From: Harriotta raleighana
Lineage: Eukaryota
DNA: 64,000 bases
Assembly (NCBI GenBank): GCA_050575255.1
Contig: JBNZDD010013707.1
Location: 4,980,233-5,044,232, forward strand
Direction of reading: 5' to 3'
Shown: one piece after another, positions 25,800-38,670 of the stretch
Numbering within the stretch: the first letter of the stretch is position 1
How the letters are laid out: the number at the start of each line of letters is the position of its first letter
Notes under the pieces: generated by a model
Seen by the model: the letters and a program-made list of their open reading frames with translations, nothing else
The model's database searches: none
Told to the model about the DNA's origin: nothing
Made by a program: the position numbers and the translations under genes

Positions 25800-26985
25800 C
25801 AAGACTCTTTCTTTAGCCCCTTTCTTTTCCTCGTTTATATGTCTCCTCTTGGTGATGTCATCAACAGACATGGGGTCAACATGTAGACAACACTCAAATC
25901 TAATTCCCCTCTAGCTACAACCAAAGTCTACTGATGTTCTGTTCTCTTGCATGTCAGACCTCAACACCTGGATGTGTACCAACTTTCAAAAGACTGAAGC
26001 CACTCCTTGACTCTCATCAACCTCTCCTCAACTCAGTTCTGATCTCCTTAACCTCATCGGCTTATCCCTCAGACTCACCAAACCTGTGCTCATACTAGTT
26101 TGACACATTGGGTCCTGGACCAGGATCACATCCCTCCACCTCGGACACTTTGGCCACTACCAATTGTACCTCACCTCTAATGCAGCTGATACCCTTATCC
26201 ACACTTTTGTCACTTCGGCCTTGAATATACCCCCATCACCCCAGTTTTTGCTAAACTCAACTGGCTTCCTATTGCAGAATGAATCAACTTCCTTGTCCAC
26301 CTTCAGATCACAGCTGATGTCCCCGTTGCTCTCTGACTTGCTTACACCCCACTCCCCTACCCACCTTTGTGCAGCTGGCTGTGATCTCCTGCATGTCCTG
26401 TAGCTCAGTGCTTAGAGCATTCGCCTTACAAGCATGAGACCTGTGCAGGGCGAAACCTTGGGCAAGTTTCCTTACTACACATGCCTAATATTAATGCCTC
26501 AAAAAATAATAAAGTTGGTCATTTGAATCAACCTCTGTTTGTGGGTCACTGCTGTGCACAATTGGCTGCCGCGTTTCGCCCACAAATATACAGTAAATTC
26601 ACTTTACAATATTTGCTGTGAAGTGCTTCAAGACATGTAGAAGACGTGAAAAGCGCAATATCAAATGCAAGGATGATTATTATTATTGTATTATGTTCCC
26701 TCACTCCACGATTAATGGCTGTGCTGTCAGCCACTACGCCTTGAAACTTTGGAACTCTTTATCTCAATCTCAGGACCTTGCGTTCTCCTTGTCCACCTTC
26801 AGATCACACCTGCAGATGTTCCTCTTCAACTTACATCCCTACGTTCACCTGTTCCCTCTCCCTAGCTCGGAATCAAGCTCTGCTACTGTTAAGTGCTCCA
26901 AAGCATTTCCCCATATGAACTTATTGTTATTTCAAGATGACGCCCTGCGTGAAGGGTGCTATATCAATCTGTTGTTGTTGTTGCT
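25800..26985 (+). mobile_element. Degenerate L2 RT/3' fragment split by a SINE
   Basis: RT remnants, ADTLIHTFVTS, ALKLWNSL, (ttg)n tail; SINE inserted at ~26395-26687. Confidence 0.78.
26395..26687 (+). mobile_element. tRNA-derived SINE (B box deleted)
   Basis: Same family, inserted in L2. Confidence 0.9.
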
Positions 26986-28917
26986 GATGATGTTATAAAA
27001 GGCCAAATATTTGACTCTAATAATGTTGAAAATGGTCCATTTAAAAGTTGATGGTCGGTACAGTGGGTTGCAGTCTCGACAACCAAGCTCCAGAACAATT
27101 CAATCTCAGATGGCAATTCACCTCAACTTCAAGTAAGGCTGCATTTTTCACGGTTACTCACTGTGAAATGCAGAATATAAATGGGCACTAGAGAGACTAG
27201 AAACACTAAGTCAGACCTCAACGCAGTGCAGCCCCCCCTCCCAGGTGCTCAGTCTGCCACACAGTGTGATCAATCAGATCTGACTTGTTTTCTAGGTTCA
27301 CATCCATCTGGGCCAAATCGAGACTAGTTCACCCATAGCCAACAGAGAAAAAAAATCAACTGAGGAAGTGTCACATATAAACCATGAAATGCATTACATT
27401 GCAACCTATCCTCCAGATAAATATGTTATTCAGTTTATGGCTGTTCAGAGATTGCTATGGATAAATTGACCTCAAAATACATATCAATGATCTGTGAAGC
27501 ATTTTGAGACATTCCACACGATAACTATTTATACATATATCTATGAGAAATAATACAATAATGATCCTTGCATTTGATATAATGCCTTACCATTCATATG
27601 TCCCAAAGTGCTTAAGAATAATAATATACTGTAGATAGATATTATATAATATTGATATAGATAGAGCATCCTTCATATTGGAATAACAACTAAAAGACTG
27701 ATTTAGAGCCCATGTTGAAGTGAGCTGAGGGAGGTGAAGCGGATGGGGAGGTGTTCAAAAATGCAGTCAAAGATGTAAGTGTTCAGGCAGCATTTGAAAT
27801 CAGAGTGGGCGAGACCAAGGGATTTGGGCACTAGAGGGTGGGGAATAGTGACTGAAATCTTGCTTATTGATGGTGTGATGATCAGAGGAGAGGCTGAAGT
27901 TGGTTAAGCAGAGGGAGTGAACAGGCAAGTAGGGTCACAGGAAATTGTTGAGACAGTCTGAAGCAAGGACATGGAGACATTTGAAGATGAGGGTCTAAAG
28001 TTTGATCCATAAGGGGATAAGGAGCCAGTGGATCTGGATGAAGACAGGCATGAAGGGTTTTGGAACTTTGTGTGGATGAGGCTGTGGAGTTTTGTATGAT
28101 CTAGAGTTTAGAAAAATTGAGTTTGAAGGCGTGTGAATGAGGATTTTGTCCATATTATCACCTCTCTGCCTTTTGGCTAAGATCATGTAAAGTAGTTTGG
28201 TGTAGTGTCGAGGCTAAGGCAGTGTCAGAGGCAGATGGTGTTTTGGAAATGGAAGAAATTAGACTTGTCTGAGCCAGGATAAAAAGTTTGAAGGAGAGTT
28301 GAAAGTCAAGGAAAATACTGAGATCCTGAACAGGTTTCATGAGGCAGATTTATTAAGTGAGTGTCTGAGGTGAGAAGGTAATCAACATTGAGTTTGAGAA
28401 AGTTATAGCTCACATGCGATGAATCAAATGCAAAGATTATTATCATAACCAGTGAAACCAGTGTTTCTCTTTGCAAGAGTCACCAAATCTAATCCTGCTT
28501 ACTTCCCACAACCTTTAATTTTTCTCATTCTCCAGAATCTATTAAATTCCCTTTAAAATCGTTTTATGGTCTCCAACAACAATTTGTGGCAGAGAATGCC
28601 ACATTCCAATCACCCTCTTTAAAAAGCTTGTTTTCTATCCTTCCCCTTTAATTATTTATGATTATCTTAAATAAGTTATGTTAGCTTATTAACTTCAAAT
28701 TTGTGACACAAAGCGCATGTTACAATCACCTACTGGGACTGTAATGTTTAAAGAATGAAATTGGCAAACATTTTACCATCCCCTTCCTGCTTCTGAATGT
28801 TTTGCTTAAATGCTAGTAAGTTGCAAATGTTATAGTTTGGCTGTCAGACTCTTCGATAAAAGGACAAATTAGTTTGAAAGCAGCAGGCCTCTTTTTAATG
28901 GGCAATACTGTACTTAC

Positions 28918-29027
28918 TTCTTATTGTCCTTTTTAAAAGCTGGAGCAGTCATGTAGTTTATTACCTCCTGGTTCAGTTCCGCTAAGCGCCGAGTTGCCTG
29001 TTCAGCAGCGTTGAGAGCTTCATCCAT
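28918..29027 (-). CDS. Coiled-coil gene (FAM186-like) exon
   Basis: 110 nt, aag/gtaagt, phase 0-2, MDEALNAAEQATRRLAELNQEVINYMTAPAFKKDNK(K). Confidence 0.82.
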
Positions 29028-29290
29028 CTTCACACATACACAAAAAAAAATCATTTGGGATTTGAAAATGAACATTTGACAAATAAGAGCACAGTTTTCT
29101 TTTTTTTTCCCCTTGCTCTTTCTCTGATCACACACTTTTTGGAACACAAATAAATAGGAAACTAAAGGAATGCCCAGTGCCAATCATGTTCCTTTATTTG
29201 GGTAACTGGTCCAAGGTATAAAAAGACAACAATTAAACATCAATCATATTTGCTAGTTATACTTTGAGAGTTATACTTGAGAACATTTAC

Positions 29291-29386
29291 CCTTTCTGAT
29301 ACATCTTCAAGTTCAAACTCATCTAATTCAAGCTCATTGAATCGTTCTTCTTCTGATGCAAAGAAGTCCACATGCTTACTGAAAAA
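29291..29386 (-). CDS. Coiled-coil gene (FAM186-like) exon
   Basis: 96 nt, strong polypyrimidine tract tttgtctttcag, donor gtaaat, phase 0-0, FFSKHVDFFASEEERFNELELDEFELEDVSER. Confidence 0.85.
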
Positions 29387-30654
29387 CTGAAAGACAAAAA
29401 AAAAGGACATGTTATATTCAACGTACTTGTTTACTGAGCTTGGTAACCACTCAAATCCACTGCAGTATCCTCTGAAGCTCACCAGCTGTGCACATACTGA
29501 AACTTTCACCTTGAAATGCAGCTTAAAATACAGCTGCAGATAAACTTTCTGCTAAACACTTCCCATGGGAGACTCCGTTAATTAAAGCATGTTGTTCATG
29601 ATCGGAGAAGGCAATTTGTGTTATTTTTGTGAAATCAGGCTAAAAATTACCTCGTCGGGCACCAGCTTTTTGTCTGTATTTCACAAATATAACTGACAAC
29701 AACTTTTTAGCTACTTTGAATTCCACACGAAATGCAAGAGAAAATAACTTTGGGTGCTGGCAAACATTACCAATTGTAAAACGACTCACAGTGGGTGGTG
29801 GGGGGTGGGGGGTGGGAGGAGTGGTGGGGGGGCAATTATATTATAGCCTCTAATTTAATAAACATAGGAGCTATTTTATTTCAACAGCACTAAACTGCAT
29901 GAAGGTAATGTTATATTATGTTAATCCTTGTGCTGCTACTGGGAAGAGAGGAATTATGAGATTTGGCTATTTTCATAGCCTAGGCTGATACCCTAAAGCA
30001 GTGTTGGCCTTGCAATGTTCGAGCTGCTAAACCAAGACCCTGTTTGCCTGTTCAGCTGGACATTCAAAATTCCATGCCACTGTTTGAAAGGAGAACAGAA
30101 TTCGGAGACTCATTTCGATAATCACTTCAAGGCTGTTCTCGGGACACGTTTTTCAGTGCAGTGAAGCGGTACAGCTCCTGTGAAGCTCTTTGAGACATTT
30201 TTCTGATGTAAAAGATATTAAACCAAATTTGCTTTCCTCTAAAAATTGGGGAAAATTGGAAAATAAAATAGTTGACGGCTGAAATCAGTCTGCAGTCACG
30301 CCTCATTTTCATGAAATATCATTTGCTATAACTCACATGGGAACACCATTACTATCAACTATCATCTCACCAGCAATAAGGGAGGGACTGCATCGGGAGT
30401 GATGACAAATTAGTTTCATTTAATATTGATTTCTTAAACTTGAATAATTTTAAAACTAATTCAGCTGCTGACTGGTCTCCTATGCAGATTTAGTATTACA
30501 CACAACCATTCTAAATTTGAGTGCAAAGAATTTCCTTGTTCCTTAAAATAATCCTCATAATAATTGCACCTGATCATATGGATTTATGTACAGTATTTGA
30601 TATTGGGGAATGTGTATTTGAAGGTAAAAACTGTGTATCTGAGTTTTGTATAAA

Positions 30655-31050
30655 ATAATAAAAATTTGTACATTTGATACATCGTCAAAGATTTTCACTG
30701 GAATTATTGTAATGTGTGACTGTATTTATAGCAAATGCAGCAACCAGCTTGCACAAAGCAATGTCCCACAAACTGCAATGAAATAAATGACAAATTTTAT
30801 TGAGGGGATTCGCTGAAGTTTCACTGGAGAAACTCCCGTCTGTTTCCGAATGCGGTGGAATCTCTAACGTCCAACCTGAGCGGCAGTCAGGATCTCAGTT
30901 TAATGTCTCATTTGAAGGTTGGCACCTCTAGCATTGCAGCATATCCTCAACATTAGATTGGAGTATCAGCCCAGACTATACTAGTTCAAATTCCTAATGT
31001 GGGGTACTAGGAACCACAACCATCTAATTCAGAGGCCAGAATGCTACCAA
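30655..31050 (-). mobile_element. Old DeuSINE-like remnant (similar remnants ~5810-6130, 36340-36640, 62340-62710)
   Basis: gcaaccagcttgcacaaagcaatgtcccacaaa ... ggaatctctaacgtccaacctgag ... tttaatgtctcatttgaaggttggcacctc blocks resemble the reverse Deu domain of shark/amniote SINEs. Confidence 0.65.
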
Positions 31051-31691
31051 CAAAATAAAAAATAAATAATAATCCTTGCATTTGATATAGTGCTTTTCGT
31101 GTCTTCTGGATGTCTCAAAGCGCTTCACAGAATAGACTGCAAAGTGAATTGACTGTATATTTGTGGGAGAAATGTGGCAGCCAATTGCGCACAGCCATGT
31201 CTCACGAACAGTTGTGGATTGAATGACCAAATTTTATTTATTTATTTATGAGGAATTATTATTGTGATTTTGATGCAGACTTGTACACAAATACACTTGC
31301 GCCAATCAATCACGAAATGTTCTAAGGATTATTTGCTAATTTGTTACTTAAATAATTAATACTGAGATAAAGTTTTCTGACATGCCTTAGCAATGAGCAC
31401 TCTGCTCCTGGTCACTGACGCTTCCAGTTTTCTCTCCTGCACATCAGCTGTAAGCAGCCGAGTAAAAAAAAAGTAAAGGAAACCAACTATAAAGCTGGTT
31501 TCCTGGTATGGGTCATGGGAATGCTGATCCATTTCCATAGAAGGATTGTAAACATTTGGTTTACTTGTTTTTATTATATTCCTTCCCCATGGTATGGCTT
31601 AAATTCTTAGCTCTAAATGTACTGCAGCTGTGTAAAATGCTCAAACCTCAAATATCATACACTGAAAGTGCAATTCCAATCGAAATATTAC

Positions 31692-31820
31692 CTCACTGAG
31701 CTGAGATAGGATCATGTGTCTTTGACTGCAGGCTTCCTGATAACCAACAATGAAGACTGTCATTTGTTTCTGATATTTTTTTCGTTTCACTGAGTCCAAC
31801 AAAGTTTCCTCCAGTTGGTT
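31692..31820 (-). CDS. Coiled-coil gene (FAM186-like) exon
   Basis: 129 nt, tctcag/gtaata, phase 0-0, NQLEETLLDSVKRKKYQKQMTVFIVGYQEACSQRHMILSQLSE. Confidence 0.8.
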
Positions 31821-32982
31821 CTGAGATAAATTGACATTTGAGTTATTGAACATGTTTGAGGTTGTGAACCACGTAAAACTGAACTAATTGTTCATGCAAA
31901 AGCTTTCCATCAGAAAATGTAAAAAGCACACGACTAGTAATAATCCTTACATTTGTTATACAGCCTTATTACATCATAGAGACATCTCAAAGTGCTTCAC
32001 AGAATACACTGTGAAGTAAATTTACTGTATTTTGTGGGCTAAATGGGGGATCCAATTGCTCACAGTTGTGGATTGAATGACCAAATTTTATTTATTTGTT
32101 TATGAGGAATTATTAGTCCTGGAAAGTGATCCGCCAATCAATTAACAACTGGTTGCTATAGACGAAAAAGTTACTTACTAATAGATAAACAGAAGCATAT
32201 GGAGAAAGGAAACTTGTTTAAGGTTTTGCCCTGCAAACCAGGTACTCTTGCTTCTGAGGTTCTAGCCAATCAATACATGGCAAGATTCCACCAGTTGGCC
32301 CAGTTAGTAAAGAAAGTGAATTAAAACAAGACCACCAAGATCCCCCACACAGTCTGTGCTGAGTGAGCTGATAATAAGGTTTTAGAATTGGCTCTTAGTT
32401 CCTTTGGGCTAAGGCTGATGTGATGAAGTTAATCAAGGAACCAGATTATATCACTTCACAGTAACTATCTGCTAGACAGTGAAGAAGTCAAGGTTTAGTT
32501 GTGAGCTTGCCCACAATATAACATCCTGTCCAGTTGCATTTCCTAGTTTCACTTGAGAAAAATGGTTACTTTGGCAAAGTACTAAAAGGATAGCCGGGTG
32601 GAAACAAAAACAAATGTTTGTTTCAACAAAGAGGTTTAACGCATTTAGTAGTCATTATTTTCTATTTATTTCTTCTCTAAGCTTCCCGACATGATGCATC
32701 ATAGATTATCCCCATATTGGGCACGAGCAGGAAATTTGCTGCTTCTATCCATATAATTCTGTATGTGATCACTAGGAGGTGCGTGAGAAAAGTAACTCAT
32801 GTCAGTTTTCTGACTTCAGAAAATGGTCTACACTTGTGACAGGAGAGAACTAGGCTTATTAGGTTTATTATGACAGCATCAAAATCTTTGTCAAAGAAAA
32901 TAAGGAACACTAACAACAGCAAAATTACATTTGTATAACACCTTTCGCATTAGAAGGCATCCCAAGTCACTAGAAAATGCTT

Positions 32983-33312
32983 GGAGTCCTGTAGCTCAGT
33001 GTTGCTCAGTGGTTAGAGCATTCGCCTTACCAGCATGAGATCTGTGTTCGAATCCAGGCTGGTCAGCGCAAAACCTTGGGCAAGTTTCCTTATTCCACAT
33101 GCCTAATAATAGTCCCTCCAAAAAAAACATGATAATAAAATTGGTCATTTCAATCCATGACTGTTTGTAGCACATTGCTGTGCGCAATTGGCTGTGGCGT
33201 TTCGCCCGCAAATATACAGTCAATTCACTTTACAGTATATTCTGTGAAGCGCTTTGAGACCTCTAAATGATGTTAAAAGTCCTATATCAAATGCAAACCT
33301 CATTATTATTAT
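32983..33312 (+). mobile_element. tRNA-derived SINE
   Basis: Full length; A box partly duplicated (gctcagtgttgctcagtgg); gttcgaatcc B box. Confidence 0.92.
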
Positions 33313-33519
33313 ACAACTTGCATTGGGATATTAAACTACAGCAATCTCATTAAAGTCCTGCAGTTTGTTAAAAACAATGTTTTTCATCCAATACTAGATG
33401 CATCAGCAAATGACTATTATCCATTCTGACTCTGTCTCACTCTGGGGAGAAATTCCTTCTGGTTACTCTTAAATTCTTAAACATAGCCGTAATTTTGAAG
33501 CTAGTTTTCTGTGAATTAA

Positions 33520-33902
33520 TAAGAAGAATAATCCTTGCATTTCTTATGGTGAATTTCAGATCTTCTAGACACCTCAAAGCGCTTTACAGAACGCACAGCA
33601 ATGTGCTATAAACAGTCATGGATTGAAATGACCAATTTTATTATCGTGTTTTTTTTGGAGGGGCTATTATTAGGCATGTGGAATAAGGAATGACTGTCTA
33701 TATGTGGATGAGACATGGCAGTCAATTGTGCACAGTAGTGTGCCACAAACAACCGTGGATTGAAATAACTAATTTTTTTTTGAGGGATTATTATTAGTCA
33801 TGTGGAGTAAGGAAACTTGCCTAAGGTTTCGCTATGCCTGGAATTGAACCCAGGCCTCTCGCTTGCAAGGCGAGTGCTCTAACCACTGAGCTACAGGACT
33901 CC
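33520..33902 (-). mobile_element. tRNA-derived SINE with internal 99-bp insertion
   Basis: Reverse complement of the family consensus, with an extra block at 33592-33690. Confidence 0.9.
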
Positions 33903-34400
33903 ACAATAATATCTGAAGAATCTTTGCTATCTGAAGAATATGATACAGTGCCTTATCATGTCAGCAAGCCATCTCAAAGCGCTTCTCTGGATTTTCTGTA
34001 AAATATAGTGACTGTGTATTTAGGCAAATGCAACAGCCAATTTGCACAAATTGCCATGAAGTGAATGAACATTTTAGCTAGAGGATTGTTAGACAGGACA
34101 ACAGAGGAAACTGTAACATACAATAATAATCATAATAGTAACAGTAGGAATTTTAGCTGTTTTTTTCCCTACTTAAACTAGGGCATTGAGTGAAATGCAA
34201 AGATCCTTCTATCACATTTTCTGAGATCAGATATTTCAGCACAGACTGGAATTGAGCATGGGACCATCCTAATATGTATGGTGAAGTCGGTCACTGCATA
34301 AATTTCCTGAGACATTGGGGATTGCTTCATGTTATTTTTCTTTTAAGAGGAGAGAGACAGTGTGTAGGGGCATCATTCACGTTTTTAAGTTTAGACTCAC

Positions 34401-34481
34401 CAGATCATTGACAAACTCCATATTCGCTCCATAAAGCATGCCTTGGAGTGGTTTTCTGCCTCTTTCATAATCACTCATGGT
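34401..34481 (-). CDS. Coiled-coil gene (FAM186-like) exon
   Basis: 81 nt, ggcag/gtgagt, phase 0-0, TMSDYERGRKPLQGMLYGANMEFVNDL. Confidence 0.8.
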
Positions 34482-34757
34482 CTGCCAAGACAAGTGTGGA
34501 GATTAGCTAGATTTTTGTTCATCATGAATACAATAGAAAGGCAGCAAAGAGAAAATAATGCAAGTCATCAACACTCTTTGTGATTGTTTATTGAATCCAT
34601 TACTGGGAAGGTGCATCTCCTTTACCTACTCCCCATATCCAATTGCTAATGTTATTTATACCGAATCAACAATTCTTTCTTATAGGTTTGCTTAGAGTTA
34701 ACTTCTTATTGTTGCAAAGCAGCTTACAATTCTCTAGTCCAACATGGGCTCTGTAAT

Positions 34758-35046
34758 ATAATAATAATCCTTGCATTTGGTATAGTGCTTTTCACGTCTC
34801 AAAGCGCTTCACAGAATATATAGTAAAGTGAATTGTGTGACGAAGCGCGACAGTTAATTGCACACAGCAGTGTCCCACATACATTTGTGGATTCAATGAC
34901 CAAGTTATTATAGATTTTTTAGGGGACGGATTATTATTAGGCGTGTGGAGTAAAGAAACTTTCCCAAGGTTTTTCCCTGAGCTGCCTAGATTTGAAACCA
35001 GGTCTCACGCTTGTAAGCTGAATGCTCTAACCACTGAGCTTCAGGC
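34758..35046 (-). mobile_element. tRNA-derived SINE
   Basis: Reverse complement of the same family. Confidence 0.9.
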
Positions 35047-36649
35047 AGTCACATTTTGCATGATAAACATGAGTAACTTGGTTTAAAAGGCTATCACCAT
35101 TCTCTGCTTTAGAACTTGCAAGATTTGTTCTAAGAAATCCAAAGCTAAAGAATATATATTGTTTTATCAGCTATGGAAGAATCCAATATTAAATATCTTT
35201 TTCTCTTGTGTCAACTCAAAAAATGCAACCCGAAGGATGCCAGAATCTGCCTAAGTGTTTGAGTCAATCACACCTGATCTGGGGAGAATTTGGAATTAAT
35301 ATGCCCCCAAATCATTACAAAAATCATTTGAAAGAATTGAAAGAGATTTTGGCATTACAGTACTAACTGTTGGTGTTTATATTGAGGCTGTTAAGGCTAG
35401 AACCAGATCCTGTTGGTTTTGTGGGAAACATCTATTAATAGCAATGTGATATTTAATTATAGTATCTTCAAAATATGACAGTAAAATAACAATCAAATGT
35501 CAAGCAAGCCTGATAATGATAGAGAATCAGCTACCCAACCTTCAAACACAAGATAGCATCAGAGAAGAAACCTAAGTTGAACTTTCAAGCCAGGTTTAAA
35601 AAGGAAAACAGAGATATAGCACAGGACTGATATCTTGTAGTAATGTTTTACTTCAAAAATTAAGTGTTCTTAATTCAAATACGTTACAAAGCTGGCAGAA
35701 AGTCAAAACAATTAGCTACCATCTCCTTCACCTATTCTCTGTTCGATCTCTTTCTCAATATTTCACTATTGTGAACATTCAGAAGTCACAAATGGGTGTG
35801 ACAGTAAAACTGTCCTTTCATTAAGATGTGAAAACCAAGCACGAGGAGTCTCTGTATACCGGCACGCTGTCTAGTTGGAAGAAAGTCTCTTCTCTCTAGA
35901 TCAGAAGAGAGATATGGATAAAGTAGCCCCTTCAGCTGGTTTGACCTCCTTTCCACAATAATTCAGAACACAATCTTAACTGGTCTCTTTCTATCCACAA
36001 TTATCCAGGATATTTGTTCAGTCCTCGCACAGGACTCCCTTCCAGACATTGTTGTTCAATGGCAAAGATTGCGAAGCAAGGCTTTGGGAATCCGGTTTGC
36101 TGCTGGCAGTTGGCAGCATACTGCGTTTTTAATGGAAAAGGAGCCTCAACCCCTTAACTGAAGTCAAATTCTGCGAGCTAGAAGTCTAAACTTGCGGGTC
36201 ATGTTTCATAGACTTAATTATTCAGAATGGCGAGGAGTCTGCTCCCACACACACTGGTACATTCTATGCTCTAAATATCAAATGTAATAATAATTTGACC
36301 CCATTCATTTTCCAAACTTACACATGAAGTAATCATAATCCCTGTATTTAATTATGCCTTACATTGTCATTGAAACGTCTCAAAGAGCTTCACAGAATAT
36401 ACTATAAAGTGGATTGTCTACGTATTTTGTAGGCGAACATGGAAGACGGTTTTGCGCGCAACAAGGTCCATCAAAGAATCATGGAGTGAGTGGCCAACTT
36501 TATTTCAGAGAATGTTGAGTAGAACACTGAGAGAAACGCCCGTCTCTTTTCAATGAATGCCATGAGATCTTTAACTCCTACCTAAACAGGCAGGTGCGAC
36601 CTTGGTTTAAAGTCTCATCCGAAGGACGGTTGTAGCACCATGTACTTAC

Positions 36650-36847
36650 AAGATTCACTCTCCTCTTTATCCTCTCCAGTTCTTCCCTCATTTCCTCCGC
36701 TTTCCTCTGGCTCTGAATTTGTGCTGTTTGCTTTAGCACAGCAAGTGCTGGTCCATCTCCTTTGTCTAGGAGTTCAATCTCTTTCATGTAATCCTCCATG
36801 GAAGCCAGGGATAGCACACAGGGAGCAGTAAACTTTGATTTACTCAT
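36650..36847 (-). CDS. Coiled-coil gene (FAM186A/B-like), first identified coding exon
   Basis: 198 nt, caacag|ATG and CTT|gtaagt; MSKSKFTAPCVLSLASMEDYMKEIELLDKGDGPALAVLKQTAQIQSQRKAEEMREELERIKRRVNL. Confidence 0.8.
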
Positions 36848-37361
36848 CTGTTGATTAAAGATATTAAATATTATGTCCAAAGCACACAAACAAACAATGC
36901 AATTGTTTTAAAATATTGTAAAGAAATCTGAGAGAAACTCTCTTCTTTTTCCAACTACTCTACTGTCAAAGGATCCTTAACATCCACCCGAAAGGCCGAT
37001 AGGGCCAAACGATGGCACCTATGACAAGCAATGCTTCGGCAACATACCCCAACACTGTACTACTCTGTGGGCCCAGACTTTCGAGTTCATGTTTTGACAG
37101 GAAAAAATCGACTGATCCAAAGGTTGAGTAACTCTCAACCACTGAGTCAAGCGTACACCTACTTGCTCCTTTGAGTGAGATTTTAACCTTTCCTTTTTAA
37201 ACCCATTTTCCACCATGCAGAATGATCCTGGGAGGTAAACATGAAGCAACCAAAACCTTGCAATAAAGTATTTTATATCAAGTGAAATGCTCTACATCAT
37301 CATGGAAGAATTTTCTGTAACCAAAATAACACACAATACAGTACCTTATTGTTGGACCAGG

Positions 37362-37699
37362 TAATAATAATAATAATAATAATCCTTGCATTTGATATAG
37401 CGCTTTTCACATCTTATCAACGTCTCAAAGCACTTCACAGAATATACTGTAAAGTGAATTGACTGTATATTTGTGGGCGGAACGCGGCAGCCAATTGCAC
37501 ACAGCAGTGTCCCACAAACAGTCATAGATTGAAATGACCAATTTTATTATTGTGGTTTTTTTGGAGGGATTATTATTAGGCATGTGGAGTAAGGAAACTT
37601 GCCCAAGGTTTCGCCCTGATCTGCCTGGATTCGAACACAGGTCTCATGCTTGTAAGGCATGTAAGGCGAGTGCTCTATCCACTGAGCCACAGGAGCTCC
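37362..37699 (-). mobile_element. tRNA-derived SINE (young)
   Basis: (taa)n tail, full body, ggattcgaac B box. Confidence 0.93.
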
Positions 37700-37717
37700 C
37701 ACAAAAGATACTAGGGA

Positions 37718-37930
37718 CATAGGAATAGGAATAGGCCATGCTGTCCCTCAAGCCTATTCCACCATTCTATTAGATCACTGCTGATCTGTACCTCAACTCC
37801 AATTACCCACCTCTGCCTCATATTACTTAATACCTATCAAAAATGTATCCACCTCAGTCTTGAAAATTTAAATGGATCTAGCATCCACAACCTTTTGGGT
37901 GAGAGAGTTCCAGATTTGGTGAAAAAATGC
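37718..37930 (-). mobile_element. CR1 3' end (duplicate ~40447-40660)
   Basis: ataggaataggaataggcc...aagcctattccaccattc...gatcactgctgatctgtacctcaactcc is typical of chondrichthyan CR1 3' UTR in reverse. Confidence 0.7.
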
Positions 37931-38334
37931 AAGGTGTTGGGATTCTTCCTACTTGGCTCCCATTAATCCTACAAGTCAACTTGGCAATGGCGACTGTGTA
38001 GTGTTACCTGGTTAAACTCTAGCAATACCATAGTCTGGGGTTCCGAAGCTTTGGCTTTGGCCAACCTGTAGCTAAACTTTTCAGGATTAGGTAAGCAAGG
38101 TGATCCTCTCCAGGGAGAGAGTGCAAAATTCCATACCAGAGAAATAAAGTCCATTCATTTGTGGAGCTCTCAGCATTTTGGCTTGTTTATTGTGATGAAA
38201 GGTTTCTATGCGTGTCAGACTCTTGGCTAACCAAACAAAAGCTAAATATATCACACTGCTAACAGATGACATGACTCAATATTGCACTCAGCTACTTTCT
38301 CTTTTTTCTTACCAAAAGATTGCCAGAGACCTTT

Positions 38335-38670
38335 TCACAACGATTTGATTGAAGTATTTAAAATAATGAAAGAGGGATCCATTCCAAGGGGCATGGCTTT
38401 CAAATCAGAGCCAATACAGTTAGAACTGAGATCAGAAAGCATTGCCACACACATAAGATTGTGAAGATGTGGAAATCACTGTCTCAGAAGGCTAGACAGG
38501 CAGAATCAATATTGATGATTGAAAGAGAAATAAATATTTGGGTTATAGCGTTATCAATGTGTGTGGTGAAAAGCAGAGGATTGGGACCAAGCCATCTGCC
38601 TAGAGCTAATAAATTACTGGAACAGGCTGGATGGGCTGTATGGCCTCTTTCTATTCCTATCTTAAAATAG
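38335..38670 (+). mobile_element. Degenerate CR1 3' fragment (duplicate ~41065-41400)
   Basis: DLIEVFKIMK and V.MW.SL motifs, then gatgggc...tggcct...ttcctat 3' end. Confidence 0.7.

Noticed and set aside
32983-33060. tRNA-like A and B boxes (also at 11187, 25085, 42873 and others)
   Set aside because: These are SINE heads followed by core and tail, not tRNA genes
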